Below are positions 9,608 through 18,445 of a stretch of DNA of 64,000 nt, one piece after another. The position numbers were made by a program, and so were the translations under genes. Below the pieces are notes generated by a model that saw only the letters and a program-made list of their open reading frames with translations, did no database searches and was not told where the DNA came from. How positions within the stretch are numbered: position 1 is the first letter of the stretch; every line of letters begins with the position of its first letter. Origin of the DNA: Pedosphaera sp. (lineage in GTDB: Bacteria > Verrucomicrobiota > Verrucomicrobiia > Limisphaerales > SIBH01); NCBI GenBank assembly GCA_031414955.1, contig JANOQV010000308.1, positions 1 to 64,000 of the forward strand, read 5' to 3'.

Positions 9608-10558
9608 TCAGGCTGCCAGCACATGGCGCAAGTAAAGATACATGAGCGGTGCATTGAACAGCAGGCTGTCCACCAAGTCCAGAATTCCGCCGATGCCCGG
9701 GAACCAGCGCCCCGAATCCTTCACCTTCGCTTCGCGTTTGAGCAGCGATTCGATCAAATCGCCCACCACCGCCGCCGAACTGAGCAACACGCCCAGGATG
9801 ACCGCGTGCATCCAGTTCATGCCATAAAGTTTGCTCGTGGCGAAGTGGGCGAAGGTCAAGCTCACTCCTGTCGAGACAACAATTGCGCCGCCAAAACCTT
9901 CCCAAGTCTTTCCCGGACTGATGCGTGGGATCATTTTGTGTTTCCCGATCAGCGAACCCACGCAGTAGGCCCCAAGATCGCTGCACTTGGTCACGAGGAT
10001 GAAATAGAGCACGTAGAAGTTGCCGTCGATATCCACGCTGCGCCCGTCCGCGCCGGTGACATCCGGAAAGAATTGCAGCTTGAGGATGTAGTTCAAAAGC
10101 CAGGGCACATACATCACGCCGAAGAGCGTCGCGGCCATGCGCACCAGTCCAGAGCCAGGCCGGTGAGAAAAGAACTGCCGCAGGCACAGCCCAAGAACGA
10201 GCACGATCAGAATGGCGGTCTCGAAATCGCCGGCCCGCGACTGAAGGTTGGGCACGAGCCGACCTTGCAAGCACAGGAACGTCCCCGTGATCAAAACCAC
10301 GCCGCCGGCCAGCCCCCACTTGCGAAACGAGTCGAAGCCCGACTTCTCCACCAGTTCGTAGAACTCATGCAGACCAAGCGCCGCCACGACCAGCATCGTG
10401 CCCACGAACAGCAGGTCCGAAAACGTGCTGTGGCCCGAAAAAAGCGCGAAGAGCACGAATGCGTAAAGCCCCAGCGTACTGCCCAACCGCCGCACGAAAG
10501 TCCGCGCCTTGCTCAGCGGCGGCGCGGCGACCGGCGGAGTCGGAGTTGGATTAGCCAT
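9608..10558 (-). CDS. cdsA: Phosphatidate cytidylyltransferase
   Basis: SDLGAY..G...GKHKMIPRISPGKTWEG, GDLIESLLKR...KDSG...PG.GGILD.VDS. Confidence 0.95.
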   Translation of the reverse strand: MANPTPTPPVAAPPLSKARTFVRRLGSTLGLYAFVLFALFSGHSTFSDLLFVGTMLVVAALGLHEFYELVEKSGFDSFRKWGLAGGVVLITGTFLCLQGRLVPNLQSRAGDFETAILIVLVLGLCLRQFFSHRPGSGLVRMAATLFGVMYVPWLLNYILKLQFFPDVTGADGRSVDIDGNFYVLYFILVTKCSDLGAYCVGSLIGKHKMIPRISPGKTWEGFGGAIVVSTGVSLTFAHFATSKLYGMNWMHAVILGVLLSSAAVVGDLIESLLKREAKVKDSGRWFPGIGGILDLVDSLLFNAPLMYLYLRHVLAA

Positions 10559-10670
10559 GTGGAAAAACAGTGGCGCAAACCCGCGCCGTTTGACAACGGG
10601 CAAGTGCGACGGTGCAACGGCCGGCAAGAAGAGTTGCGGCGGGCCGGACGAAAGTGGAACCTTGCCCTCC

Positions 10671-10847
10671 ATGAGCGCGGAAGTTCAATTCAACCAGAGT
10701 CAGTCGTGCGATTCGTGCGGGTGCTTTGGGGCGTTTGATTTCGACGCCCGCCATCTATGCGGCTCGTGCTACGAAAGCAGCGGCTCGTGCTGTCCCGAGT
10801 CTGGCGGCGAGGAAACCAGTGATGCGTCGAATTCCCCAGTTCGCTGA
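10671..10847 (+). CDS. Small cysteine-rich protein (58 aa), possible zinc/metal-binding
   Basis: MSAEVQFNQSQSCDSCGCFGAFDFDARHLCGSCYESSGSCCPE...; two CxxC plus CC (7 Cys); TTGACA at 10590-10595 upstream. Confidence 0.55.
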   Translation: MSAEVQFNQSQSCDSCGCFGAFDFDARHLCGSCYESSGSCCPESGGEETSDASNSPVR

Positions 10848-11148
10848 CAAGTTGCGGACGGTCGTCTTGGCGGCACTACTGGCCGGCCCACCTCTGTTGG
10901 CCCACGACCCGGCTTCGGCGGATCGCGTTTCTTCAGGCAGGGTCATCGCGCTCATCGCCGCAGCTCCCGCAAGCGCCCGCGCAACCAACCAGGCCATGTT
11001 CAACACCGTTCGAAGCAACGTCCCGGCGGCGACCCGATCCCCGGCGCGCACCAAGGCCGGGGTTCTCGCTGCCGGCGGCCTCATTGCCCTCACCATACTG
11101 ATGGTCGCCTGCGGGCTGGCGCTTCTGAGCAGCTTCAAGAAACGCTGA
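10822..11148 (+). CDS. Hypothetical protein, signal-peptide-like N-terminus and C-terminal TM helix
   Basis: Hydrophobic N-terminus; C-terminal GVLAAGGLIALTILMVACGLALL followed by FKKR; ends 6 nt before modA. Confidence 0.5.
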   Translation: MRRIPQFADKLRTVVLAALLAGPPLLAHDPASADRVSSGRVIALIAAAPASARATNQAMFNTVRSNVPAATRSPARTKAGVLAAGGLIALTILMVACGLALLSSFKKR

Positions 11149-11154
11149 TTCACC

Positions 11155-11976
11155 ATGCCTGAATCCACCCACCAGACTCCGCGTTCCAAGCCGATCCTCT
11201 ACGGCTTCATGGCCGTGGCGGGGCTGACACTGGTCCTGGGAATCATCGCCATGCTGCGCGATTCGAAGGGAAGAACGCCCGGGCCAAAAGTTCTGTTCGT
11301 CCACGCTGCGGCCAGCCTGAAGACGCCTTTGGAAAAAATCGCCGCGGACTATGAACGCGAGACGGGCACTCGCATCGACCTCAACTACGGCGGCTCGCAA
11401 ACCTTGCTCGCCAACATCTCCATCGCGCGCCGCGGTGACTTGTATCTTCCCGCCGATGACAGTTACCTCGTGCCCGCGCGGGATCGTCAGTTGATCAGCT
11501 ACTCTCTGCCCATCGCCACCCAGTCCGCAGTCATAGCCGTGCCGAAAGGCAACCCGAGGGAAGTGCGCTCACTCGCCGACCTGACCCAAAGCGTGCGCCT
11601 CTCGCTGGCGAATCCCGAGACGGCGGCCATCGGCCAATTGCTCCGGCAGGCCACCACCGCCAGCGGCCTCTGGCCCGCACTGAGCAATCACACGGTCGTA
11701 TTCAAGCCCAACGTCATCGACTCGGCCAACGACGTGCGACTCGGCGCGGTGGACGCCGCCATCGTCTGGGACTCGATGCGCGGACAGTTTCCAGACTTGG
11801 ATTTCATCACCGTGCCGGAGTTGGGCGCCGTGAAGGCCAATGTCGCGGTCGCGGTGTTGAATTGCTCCGCGCAACCGGCGGCAGCGGCGGAGTTCGCGCG
11901 CTACATCGCCTCGCCCGACCACGGGCTGAAGCAGTTTAAGAAGAGCGGCTTCCTCATTACCCCGCCCCACCTGTGA
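11155..11976 (+). CDS. modA: Molybdate ABC transporter substrate-binding protein
   Basis: HAAASL, YGGSQTL, DLYLPAD, ANPETAAIG, DAAIVW. Confidence 0.92.
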   Translation: MPESTHQTPRSKPILYGFMAVAGLTLVLGIIAMLRDSKGRTPGPKVLFVHAAASLKTPLEKIAADYERETGTRIDLNYGGSQTLLANISIARRGDLYLPADDSYLVPARDRQLISYSLPIATQSAVIAVPKGNPREVRSLADLTQSVRLSLANPETAAIGQLLRQATTASGLWPALSNHTVVFKPNVIDSANDVRLGAVDAAIVWDSMRGQFPDLDFITVPELGAVKANVAVAVLNCSAQPAAAAEFARYIASPDHGLKQFKKSGFLITPPHL

Positions 11977-12830
11977 GTTCTCGCTTCGAGCAACCACAAT
12001 CCCCGGTACGGGCATCATCCGACTGGCCGTTCCTGGCGGCGCTCTCCGTGCTGGGCGGAACGTATGTCGCGCTTATTCTCGCGCTGGTGGTGGCGGACGC
12101 GAGTTATGCCTCGCCGGGACACGTCGCGGAGGCGTTGCGCAGTCCGGCGATTCGCTACGCCATCCGGCTCAGTCTTTTCTCCTGCACCATCACGACCGGA
12201 CTCTCGCTGCTGGTCGCGGTGCCACTGGGCTACCTCCTGGCGCGCTGTTCTTTTCGCGGTAAATCCCTGGTCGATGCGATACTCGACGTGCCGCTGGTGC
12301 TGCCGCCACTAGTCATCGGACTGAGCCTGCTCATTTTGTTTCAACTCAAGGTGGGCGGCGTCTCGCTGGAAATGCTGCTCGAACGCGCCGGCTTTCCGGT
12401 CACGTTCCACGTCCCGGCGGTGATTCTGGCGCAGTTCACGGTGTCGGCGGCCTTCGCCGCGCGCACCTTGCGGGTCAGCTTCGAGCAGATTAATCCGCGC
12501 GCCGAACAGGTCGCGCTGACCCTCGGCTGCACGCGCGCGCAAGCCTTCTGGCGCGTGGCGCTGCCCGAGGCGCGGCGTGGCCTGCTCGCGGCGGCGACCC
12601 TGGCCTGGGCGCGCGCGCTCGGCGAGTTTGGACCCATCCTGGTCTTCGCCGGGGCCACGCGCATGAGGACCGAAGTTTTGTCCACCAGCGTCTTTCTCGA
12701 ACTCAGCACGGGCAGCCTCGAAGCCGCCGTGGCCGTCTCGCTCTTGATGATCGCGGCCGCCGTGATCGTGCTGACCATCCTGCGCGTGTTCGGATCAGAC
12801 ACCGCCCTGCGCCACAAACCCTCCGCATGA
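11973..12830 (+). CDS. modB: Molybdate ABC transporter permease
   Basis: DVPLVLPPLVIG, LAWARALGEFG; GTGA overlap with modA. Confidence 0.92.
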   Translation: MSSRFEQPQSPVRASSDWPFLAALSVLGGTYVALILALVVADASYASPGHVAEALRSPAIRYAIRLSLFSCTITTGLSLLVAVPLGYLLARCSFRGKSLVDAILDVPLVLPPLVIGLSLLILFQLKVGGVSLEMLLERAGFPVTFHVPAVILAQFTVSAAFAARTLRVSFEQINPRAEQVALTLGCTRAQAFWRVALPEARRGLLAAATLAWARALGEFGPILVFAGATRMRTEVLSTSVFLELSTGSLEAAVAVSLLMIAAAVIVLTILRVFGSDTALRHKPSA

Positions 12831-13504
12831 TCCGCCTCGAACATCTCCAGGTGCGGGCCGGAGGGTTTTGGCTGAACGACATTTCGTTCTCCGTAGGTCC
12901 GGGCGAATACGCCGTCCTCATGGGCCGCACCGGCAGCGGCAAGACCACCTTGCTCGAAACCATCTGCGGCCTGCGTCGCGCGGCGGGCGGGCGCATCCAG
13001 TTGCACGACGAAGATGTCACCGCGCTGCCTCCATCCGCGCGCGGAGTCGGTTATGTGCCGCAGGATCGCGCGCTGTTTCTCACCATGACGGTGCGGGCCA
13101 ACCTCGGCTTCGGATTGAAGTTGCGGCGAGTGGACCGCGCCGAAGCCGAGGCGCGCGTCGAGGAGCTGGCGAAGCTGCTGGGGCTGACCAAACTGCTGGA
13201 CCGGCGGCCCCAAGGCTTAAGCGGCGGCGAAGCGCAGCGCGTCGCGCTCGGCCGCGCGCTCGCTGTCGAACCGCGCGTGCTTTGCCTCGACGAACCGCTC
13301 AGCGCGCTCGATGACGACACGCGCGCCGAAATGCACGCCCTGCTCCAATCCATCCACGCCCGCACCAAAGCCACCGTGCTGCATGTGACTCATCACATGG
13401 CCGACGCTCAGAAGCTCGCGACCCGGCTGCTGGTGTTGAGGGATGGCGCAGTGAGCGAGCAACATGTTTCAACAGCTGACGCGAGTCGCAACATCCAGCC
13501 GTAG
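12827..13504 (+). CDS. modC: Molybdate ABC transporter ATP-binding subunit (no TOBE domain)
   Basis: GRTGSGKT, LSGGEAQR, LDEP, HVTH; ATGA overlap with modB. Confidence 0.85.
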   Translation: MIRLEHLQVRAGGFWLNDISFSVGPGEYAVLMGRTGSGKTTLLETICGLRRAAGGRIQLHDEDVTALPPSARGVGYVPQDRALFLTMTVRANLGFGLKLRRVDRAEAEARVEELAKLLGLTKLLDRRPQGLSGGEAQRVALGRALAVEPRVLCLDEPLSALDDDTRAEMHALLQSIHARTKATVLHVTHHMADAQKLATRLLVLRDGAVSEQHVSTADASRNIQP

Positions 13505-13681
13505 AGCGGCGGCAGAGAGTAGCCCACGGCGTGAGCCGTGGGTCAGCGAGTTGAGTTGCGCAAGCCCCAGCGGGGCGAAAGAGAGTAAACAGAATTCTGT
13601 CGCCCCGACGGGGCTGAAGTCATCCCAGAGAGCCATGACCCACGGAACACGCCGTGGGCTACGTCCTGCCGCGCCTACGGC
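13498..13681. repeat. ~185-bp composite palindromic REP/MITE-like element between convergent modC and lptB
   Basis: Three nested inverted pairs: GCCGTAGAGCGGCGGCAG/CTGCCGCGCCTACGGC; GTAGCCCACGGCGTGAGCCGTGGGTCA/TGACCCACGGAACACGCCGTGGGCTAC; AGCCCCAGCGGGGCGAAAGA/TCTGTCGCCCCGACGGGGCT. Confidence 0.85.
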
Positions 13682-13695
13682 GCTGACACCCGCTG

Positions 13696-14418
13696 CTACA
13701 TGTTGAAATCCGGCCCGAGGTAAATCTCCCGCGCCTTGGGATCGTTGGCCAGGAACTCCGCGCTGCCTTCCACCAGCACCTGCCCCTTGTGGATGATGTA
13801 GCCGCGGTCGATCAGCTTGAGCATCTCGCGCACGTTGTGGTCGGTGACGAGAATGCCCAACCCGCGATCGCGCAGCTTGCGGACAATCTTCTGCACCTCG
13901 TACACGGCGATGGGATCGATGCCGGCAAACGGCTCGTCGAGCAGAAGCAGCTTGGGGCTGGTGACGAGCGCGCGGGTGATTTCGAGCCGCCTCTTCTCGC
14001 CGCCGCTCAAGGTGTAGGCGCGGCTTTTGGCCAGGCGGGTCAAGTCCAGTTCATCGAGGAAATACTTGAGGCGCACCTCGCGCTCGGCGCGCTTCATTTT
14101 GCACGTCTCGAGGATGGCCATGATGTTCTGCTCGACGGTGAGCTTGCGGAACACCGACGGCTCCTGCGTCAAGTAACTCATGCCCAACCGCGCGCGCTGG
14201 TGCATCGGCTGACCGGTCACGTCCTTGTCCTCGAACTTCACCGCGCCCTCGTCCGGGCGCACCACGCCCACCACCATGTTGAAGGTCGTGGTCTTGCCCG
14301 CGCCGTTGGGGCCGAGCAACCCGACGATCTCACCGGGCTTTACCTCGATGGACACGCCGTCCACCACGCGGCGACCGCGATAGGCCTTGGCCAGTTTGTG
14401 GGTGTTGACGAGGGACAT
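13696..14418 (-). CDS. lptB: LPS export ABC transporter ATP-binding protein
   Basis: GLLGPNGAGKTTTF, QEPSVFRKLTV, LSGGEKRRLEI, DEPFAGIDP, TDHNVRE. Confidence 0.97.
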   Translation of the reverse strand: MSLVNTHKLAKAYRGRRVVDGVSIEVKPGEIVGLLGPNGAGKTTTFNMVVGVVRPDEGAVKFEDKDVTGQPMHQRARLGMSYLTQEPSVFRKLTVEQNIMAILETCKMKRAEREVRLKYFLDELDLTRLAKSRAYTLSGGEKRRLEITRALVTSPKLLLLDEPFAGIDPIAVYEVQKIVRKLRDRGLGILVTDHNVREMLKLIDRGYIIHKGQVLVEGSAEFLANDPKAREIYLGPDFNM

Positions 14419-14993
14419 TATTTCGCGCCGGCCGGGGCCGGAGTTTTGGGCGTGACCGTCTTGTTGGTCGCGGCGGAATTAGTCTTCCCCTTCTCCGCAT
14501 TGTTGAGCGACGCGCCCGGAATGTAGGTGCTGACGTTGGTGAACCAGAGTTTGTCGGTCAGCCGGTTGTAAACGATCTCCGTGCCAGTATTCGTGCCTTG
14601 CGGAGAAAAAAGAATGGGCAGTGCGAAGGGCGGGAACGCCCCGGTCAACACCATTTGTTCGCTGCTCGCAGAGTAAACCGCCTTCTGCCCGCGCGCGTGC
14701 GTGTCGCCCTGATCGATCTCCACATTGTGAAAGGCTACGATGCTGTCGAGCTTGCCCGACGCGGCGCGTCGAGCCGTGAGTTCGCGGCAGCGGATGATGG
14801 TGGGCGCATCGCCGGGCTTGGCCGGAGGATCGATCACCACCACGTCGTTGCTGTAGTAAGCCGTGTTGTCCTTGAGCCGGAACTCGGCGAACTTCGCTTT
14901 AATTTCCAGCCCCGGTCGCGCCGGAGGTTTGTTGATCTCGGCCGCGAGGGCGGCGGAAACAAACAGCATGGGGAACAGGAGGTAAGCTTTCAT
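14418..14993 (-). CDS. lptA: LptA/OstA family LPS transport periplasmic protein
   Basis: Signal peptide, beta-strand pattern (NVEIDQGDTHARGQKAVY...MVLTG); position kdsC-lptC-lptA-lptB. Confidence 0.75.
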   Translation of the reverse strand: MKAYLLFPMLFVSAALAAEINKPPARPGLEIKAKFAEFRLKDNTAYYSNDVVVIDPPAKPGDAPTIIRCRELTARRAASGKLDSIVAFHNVEIDQGDTHARGQKAVYSASSEQMVLTGAFPPFALPILFSPQGTNTGTEIVYNRLTDKLWFTNVSTYIPGASLNNAEKGKTNSAATNKTVTPKTPAPAGAK

Positions 14994-15487
14994 CGGTTGG
15001 TCGCCACTTTGGTTGGTGAGTTGGTCAAGGTCTGCTTGTCGATCCAGGTCCGCGTCTGATTCGAGAGGAGCAGAATGCTGTTGGTCTGTTGCCACAGGAA
15101 TCCTTCGCCCGAGAGAAAAAACGTCTCGTCGGCGGTGTGGAAGAATAAGTTCGTGTTCCCGCGCACCAGCTTGGATTTCATATCTACCGTGCATGCGGGC
15201 GACACTGCCACCCATTCCAGCGTGGCGCCGTCCTCGCGATAACTTTCCAGCCGCGCCTGCTTGATGGCGAACACTCCGTTGCTCAGGATGCGCGCTTCCG
15301 CGCCCGACACGCGCGTCTTGAGCCGTCGCACCCCGTTGCTGGACGGGTAGTAGTCCGGCAGAATGAAGTCGCGCACCAATTCTGACTTCGCGGTCGTCTG
15401 GGAGAACTGTCCGTGCGCGAGGAGGCCGCGCGCCATCGCCATCGCGATGGTCGCCACCACCAAGCACTGGATCATCCTCCGCATCAT
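14990..15487 (-). CDS. LptC-like LPS export protein
   Basis: N-terminal hydrophobic segment, beta-rich body (LSGEGFLW); ATGA-type overlaps with kdsC and lptA. Confidence 0.65.
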   Translation of the reverse strand: MMRRMIQCLVVATIAMAMARGLLAHGQFSQTTAKSELVRDFILPDYYPSSNGVRRLKTRVSGAEARILSNGVFAIKQARLESYREDGATLEWVAVSPACTVDMKSKLVRGNTNLFFHTADETFFLSGEGFLWQQTNSILLLSNQTRTWIDKQTLTNSPTKVATNR

Positions 15488-16110
15488 TCCGTGTAGGCTG
15501 CCACCAACTGGTCCCAGAAACCTTGGGCCTTCAAAATCATCGTCACCACTTCGCGCACCGCGCCGTGACCGCCACGCGCCACCGTCACGTAATCCGCCCC
15601 GGCCTTCACCTCGTCGATGCCATTGGCCACCGCGACCGAGACCCCGGCACGCTTCAACAAGCACAGGTCCACGACATCATCTCCGACGAAGCAGACCTCG
15701 GCCCAACTCAATCCGCAGGCCGCGATCATCTTCTCCGCCGCCGCCACCTTGCTCGTCTTCTCCTGGCTCAGGAAATCGATGCGCAACTCCTCCGCTCTCT
15801 TCGTGGTAATGACCGACGGCCGCGCCGAAATCCATCCGACCTTGATGCCGTGCCGGCGCAACAGCACCAGGCCGAGACCGTCCTGAATGCCGAACTGTTT
15901 GAACTCACCATCGGCCGTGATGAAAATGCTCCCGTCCGTCATCACGCCGTCCACATCCGTGATGAGCAGCTTGATGCGACGAAGCCGGGCGTTGAGGCTG
16001 AGACGTGAAGGACGCGCCGAAAGTTTCCGACCGTGTGTTTTCGACTTTGGATTTTGGACCCTTGCTCGCGACTTACCAGAGTTGGACCTTGGACCAGCGG
16101 TCTTGCTCAC
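15484..16110 (-). CDS. kdsC: KDO-8-phosphate phosphatase (HAD family)
   Basis: DVDGVMTDG, F..QDGLG, VGDDVVDL, GGHGAVRE; basic N-terminal extension containing heptamer repeats. Confidence 0.93.
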   Translation of the reverse strand: MSKTAGPRSNSGKSRARVQNPKSKTHGRKLSARPSRLSLNARLRRIKLLITDVDGVMTDGSIFITADGEFKQFGIQDGLGLVLLRRHGIKVGWISARPSVITTKRAEELRIDFLSQEKTSKVAAAEKMIAACGLSWAEVCFVGDDVVDLCLLKRAGVSVAVANGIDEVKAGADYVTVARGGHGAVREVVTMILKAQGFWDQLVAAYTE

Positions 16111-16928
16111 CGCGTCGCCTCCCGCACCCGCAGCAAGGTCTTGAGCAAGTCCACCATTTCATCCAGCGGCACCATGTTCGGTCCGTCGCTCATGGCCTGG
16201 TCGGGATTCGGATGCGTCTCGACGAACACGCCATCCGCGCCCGCTGCCACTGCGCACCGCGCCAGCACCGGCGCGAATTCCCGCTGGCCGCTCGACTTGT
16301 TCCCGCCGCCGCCGGGCAACTGCACGGAATGCGTCGCGTCGAAAATCACCGGATAACCAAACCCGCGCAGGATGGGAATCGAGCGCATGTCCGAGACGAG
16401 ATTATTGTAGCCGAAGGTCGTGCCGCGCTCCGTGAGCATCAGCTTCTTCCCGGCCGCTTCCTCGGCCTTGTCCACCACCTGCCCCATTTCCAATGGCGAG
16501 AGGAATTGCCCCTTCTTGAGGTTCACGATTTTCCCCGTGCGCACCGCGGCGTGGATCAAATCCGTCTGCCGGCAGAGGAACGCGGGAATCTGGAGAATGT
16601 CCACGCCCGCCTCGGCGGCCAACCGCGCTTGGTCTTCGGTGTGAACATCCGTCAGCACCGGCAGGCCAAAGCGGCGGCGAATGCCGGCCAGCACCTCCAA
16701 TCCCTCCTCGATGCCCGGACCGCGAAAGGACTTCGATGAAGTGCGGTTGGCCTTGTCGTAGCTGGCCTTGAAGACATAGGTGATGCCGAGCTTGCGACAG
16801 GCCTTGCCCAGCGCCAGCGCGATGCCGGCGCACAAATCCTCGCTCTCGATCACGCACGGTCCGGCGATCAGCACAAGCTGTTTGCCGCTGTTGATTTCCT
16901 TCCAGGTGGAGTCCACTAAATCGCGCAC
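16107..16928 (-). CDS. kdsA: KDO-8-phosphate synthase
   Basis: IAGPCVIE, KASYDKANRTS, QIPAFLCRQTDL, KKGQFL, ERGTTFGY, FDATHSVQ. Confidence 0.98.
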   Translation of the reverse strand: MRDLVDSTWKEINSGKQLVLIAGPCVIESEDLCAGIALALGKACRKLGITYVFKASYDKANRTSSKSFRGPGIEEGLEVLAGIRRRFGLPVLTDVHTEDQARLAAEAGVDILQIPAFLCRQTDLIHAAVRTGKIVNLKKGQFLSPLEMGQVVDKAEEAAGKKLMLTERGTTFGYNNLVSDMRSIPILRGFGYPVIFDATHSVQLPGGGGNKSSGQREFAPVLARCAVAAGADGVFVETHPNPDQAMSDGPNMVPLDEMVDLLKTLLRVREATR

Positions 16929-17086
16929 GCCGTGTGTTTATCACAGGGCCGATCATTGTCGAACAACAAAGACTGGGCGCAGGAAGACTCACCTGACTGG
17001 CCCCGCCAGCCCATGTCCGGTCAGGGGCACACGGAGTGTTCGGCCCGGCTCGGCCATGGGTTTCTTTACCCTCTCCGCCGAGAGTC

Positions 17087-18118
17087 TTACTCGTAGAAAA
17101 ACGTAAACTTCAAATCCCGGTGATCCACCCCCACGCGCTGTCGCATGTCGGTCGGCCATTTCGGGAAGGGTGCCGGATCTAAAATGGCCTTCTGGCAAAG
17201 CAGGCTCAGCACGTCACCCACCGTATTCTCGCCCGTCTCGAGTCGCGTGATGCGCCCGTCGTAGTGCAACCGGAAGGTCAGGGCGACCTTGCCCGTTCGT
17301 TCACGGGAGAAGCCATTGTTGTCGAGCAAACCGTACCAACGCTGCTGCACCAGGCCGATGAACACATTATCGTAATTGCCAAAGGGCGAACCCTTCGCGT
17401 CGAGGGTCGGAACCAGGCGGAGCTTCGCCACCCCGCCCTCTTGCGCGATCTTCCGTCCGGCCAAGGAAGGATTCCGCTGCATGGCTTCAAGAATGGTGCG
17501 CGGCTTCTCGTATGGTTTCTCCTCCGGTATTTTCTCCGTGGTTTGGCCCGGATCGGGAATTTTGGGCGTGGGCTTGCCCAGCGCCAGATCGCCGGCCTGC
17601 ACCGGTTTCGGTTTCACCTCCGTCGCCGGTTTTGGTTCGGGTTTGGGCTCGACCAACTTCGGCTCCGGGACCGGCGCAGGCTGCATGGGCTGGGGCTGGG
17701 GCTTGGGATTGTCCGTGGTGCGCAGCACGTTCTTCTGCACGCCATCAATCTTCGGCACCTCGGCCACGCCCAATTCCGGATTCGCAGCCACTGAGTCGTG
17801 CGTGGAATAATTCTTCGTCTCCTTCGGCGGCTGCTTGGCCGCCAGAGCCGGATCGACCTCCACGAAGGTAAGCTCCGTCTCACGCCGGGGCGGCGAGGGG
17901 GGATCTGTCTCTGCGGATGGCTGAAGCTCCTTGAACTTCCGGGGCAACACTCGGTCCAGTGCCGCCTTGACCATGACCCGCAAGGCCGGCATGGCCAACC
18001 ACCCGGAGTAGAGCAGCCCATGTACAACCAGCGAGAGGACGAGCGCGAGGGCCAGACGCTTGCGGGCCGATTCGAGTCGCCAGTTGACCGGTCCGCGAAT
18101 GGGAAATGCCGGAGGCAT
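17087..18118 (-). CDS. TonB/TolA-like protein (TM anchor, Pro-rich linker, TonB C-terminal domain)
   Basis: SLVVHGLL TM motif, (P/E/K)-rich linker, C-terminal VQQRW...F.L..DGRI...APFPKWP. Confidence 0.75.
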   Translation of the reverse strand: MPPAFPIRGPVNWRLESARKRLALALVLSLVVHGLLYSGWLAMPALRVMVKAALDRVLPRKFKELQPSAETDPPSPPRRETELTFVEVDPALAAKQPPKETKNYSTHDSVAANPELGVAEVPKIDGVQKNVLRTTDNPKPQPQPMQPAPVPEPKLVEPKPEPKPATEVKPKPVQAGDLALGKPTPKIPDPGQTTEKIPEEKPYEKPRTILEAMQRNPSLAGRKIAQEGGVAKLRLVPTLDAKGSPFGNYDNVFIGLVQQRWYGLLDNNGFSRERTGKVALTFRLHYDGRITRLETGENTVGDVLSLLCQKAILDPAPFPKWPTDMRQRVGVDHRDLKFTFFYE

Positions 18119-18188
18119 GACGGGTGAAAAGTTGCCGCACGACCGTCTTGGGGGCAACTGCTAACTCCAGGGTGTCGGAACTCCATGT

Positions 18189-18370
18189 CAGACGCATCTA
18201 ATTTCGCGGTGTTTCGCACGAAATCCCAAATCCCAAATCCCAAATATATTCCAACGGCCCAAATTCCAAAACCAGGCGTTTGCACTCCCATGGGAGTTTG
18301 GAATTGAGAGCTTATTTGGGATTTGGATTTTGGGTTTTAGCCCGTGGAACCAAACATTTTGATGCGTCTG
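18189..18370. repeat. Inverted heptamer array (copy B, 18221-18338) nested within an outer CAGACGCATC...GATGCGTCTG inverted repeat
   Basis: (CCCAAAT)x3 ... TTTGGGATTTGGATTTTGGG, flanked by a perfect 10-bp inverted repeat at 18189-18198 and 18361-18370. Confidence 0.8.
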
Positions 18371-18445
18371 CCCTGCTGCTAACTCTGGAACGAGCGAGAA
18401 CCGGGGGCGAGCGGACGGCTCCGACGCGGATCCCGAAACGGCCAG

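Noticed and set aside
14418..15467. 349-aa LptA with a long N-terminus
   Set aside because: The upstream part overlaps the lptC-like gene in another frame. The signal peptide begins at the ATG at 14993.
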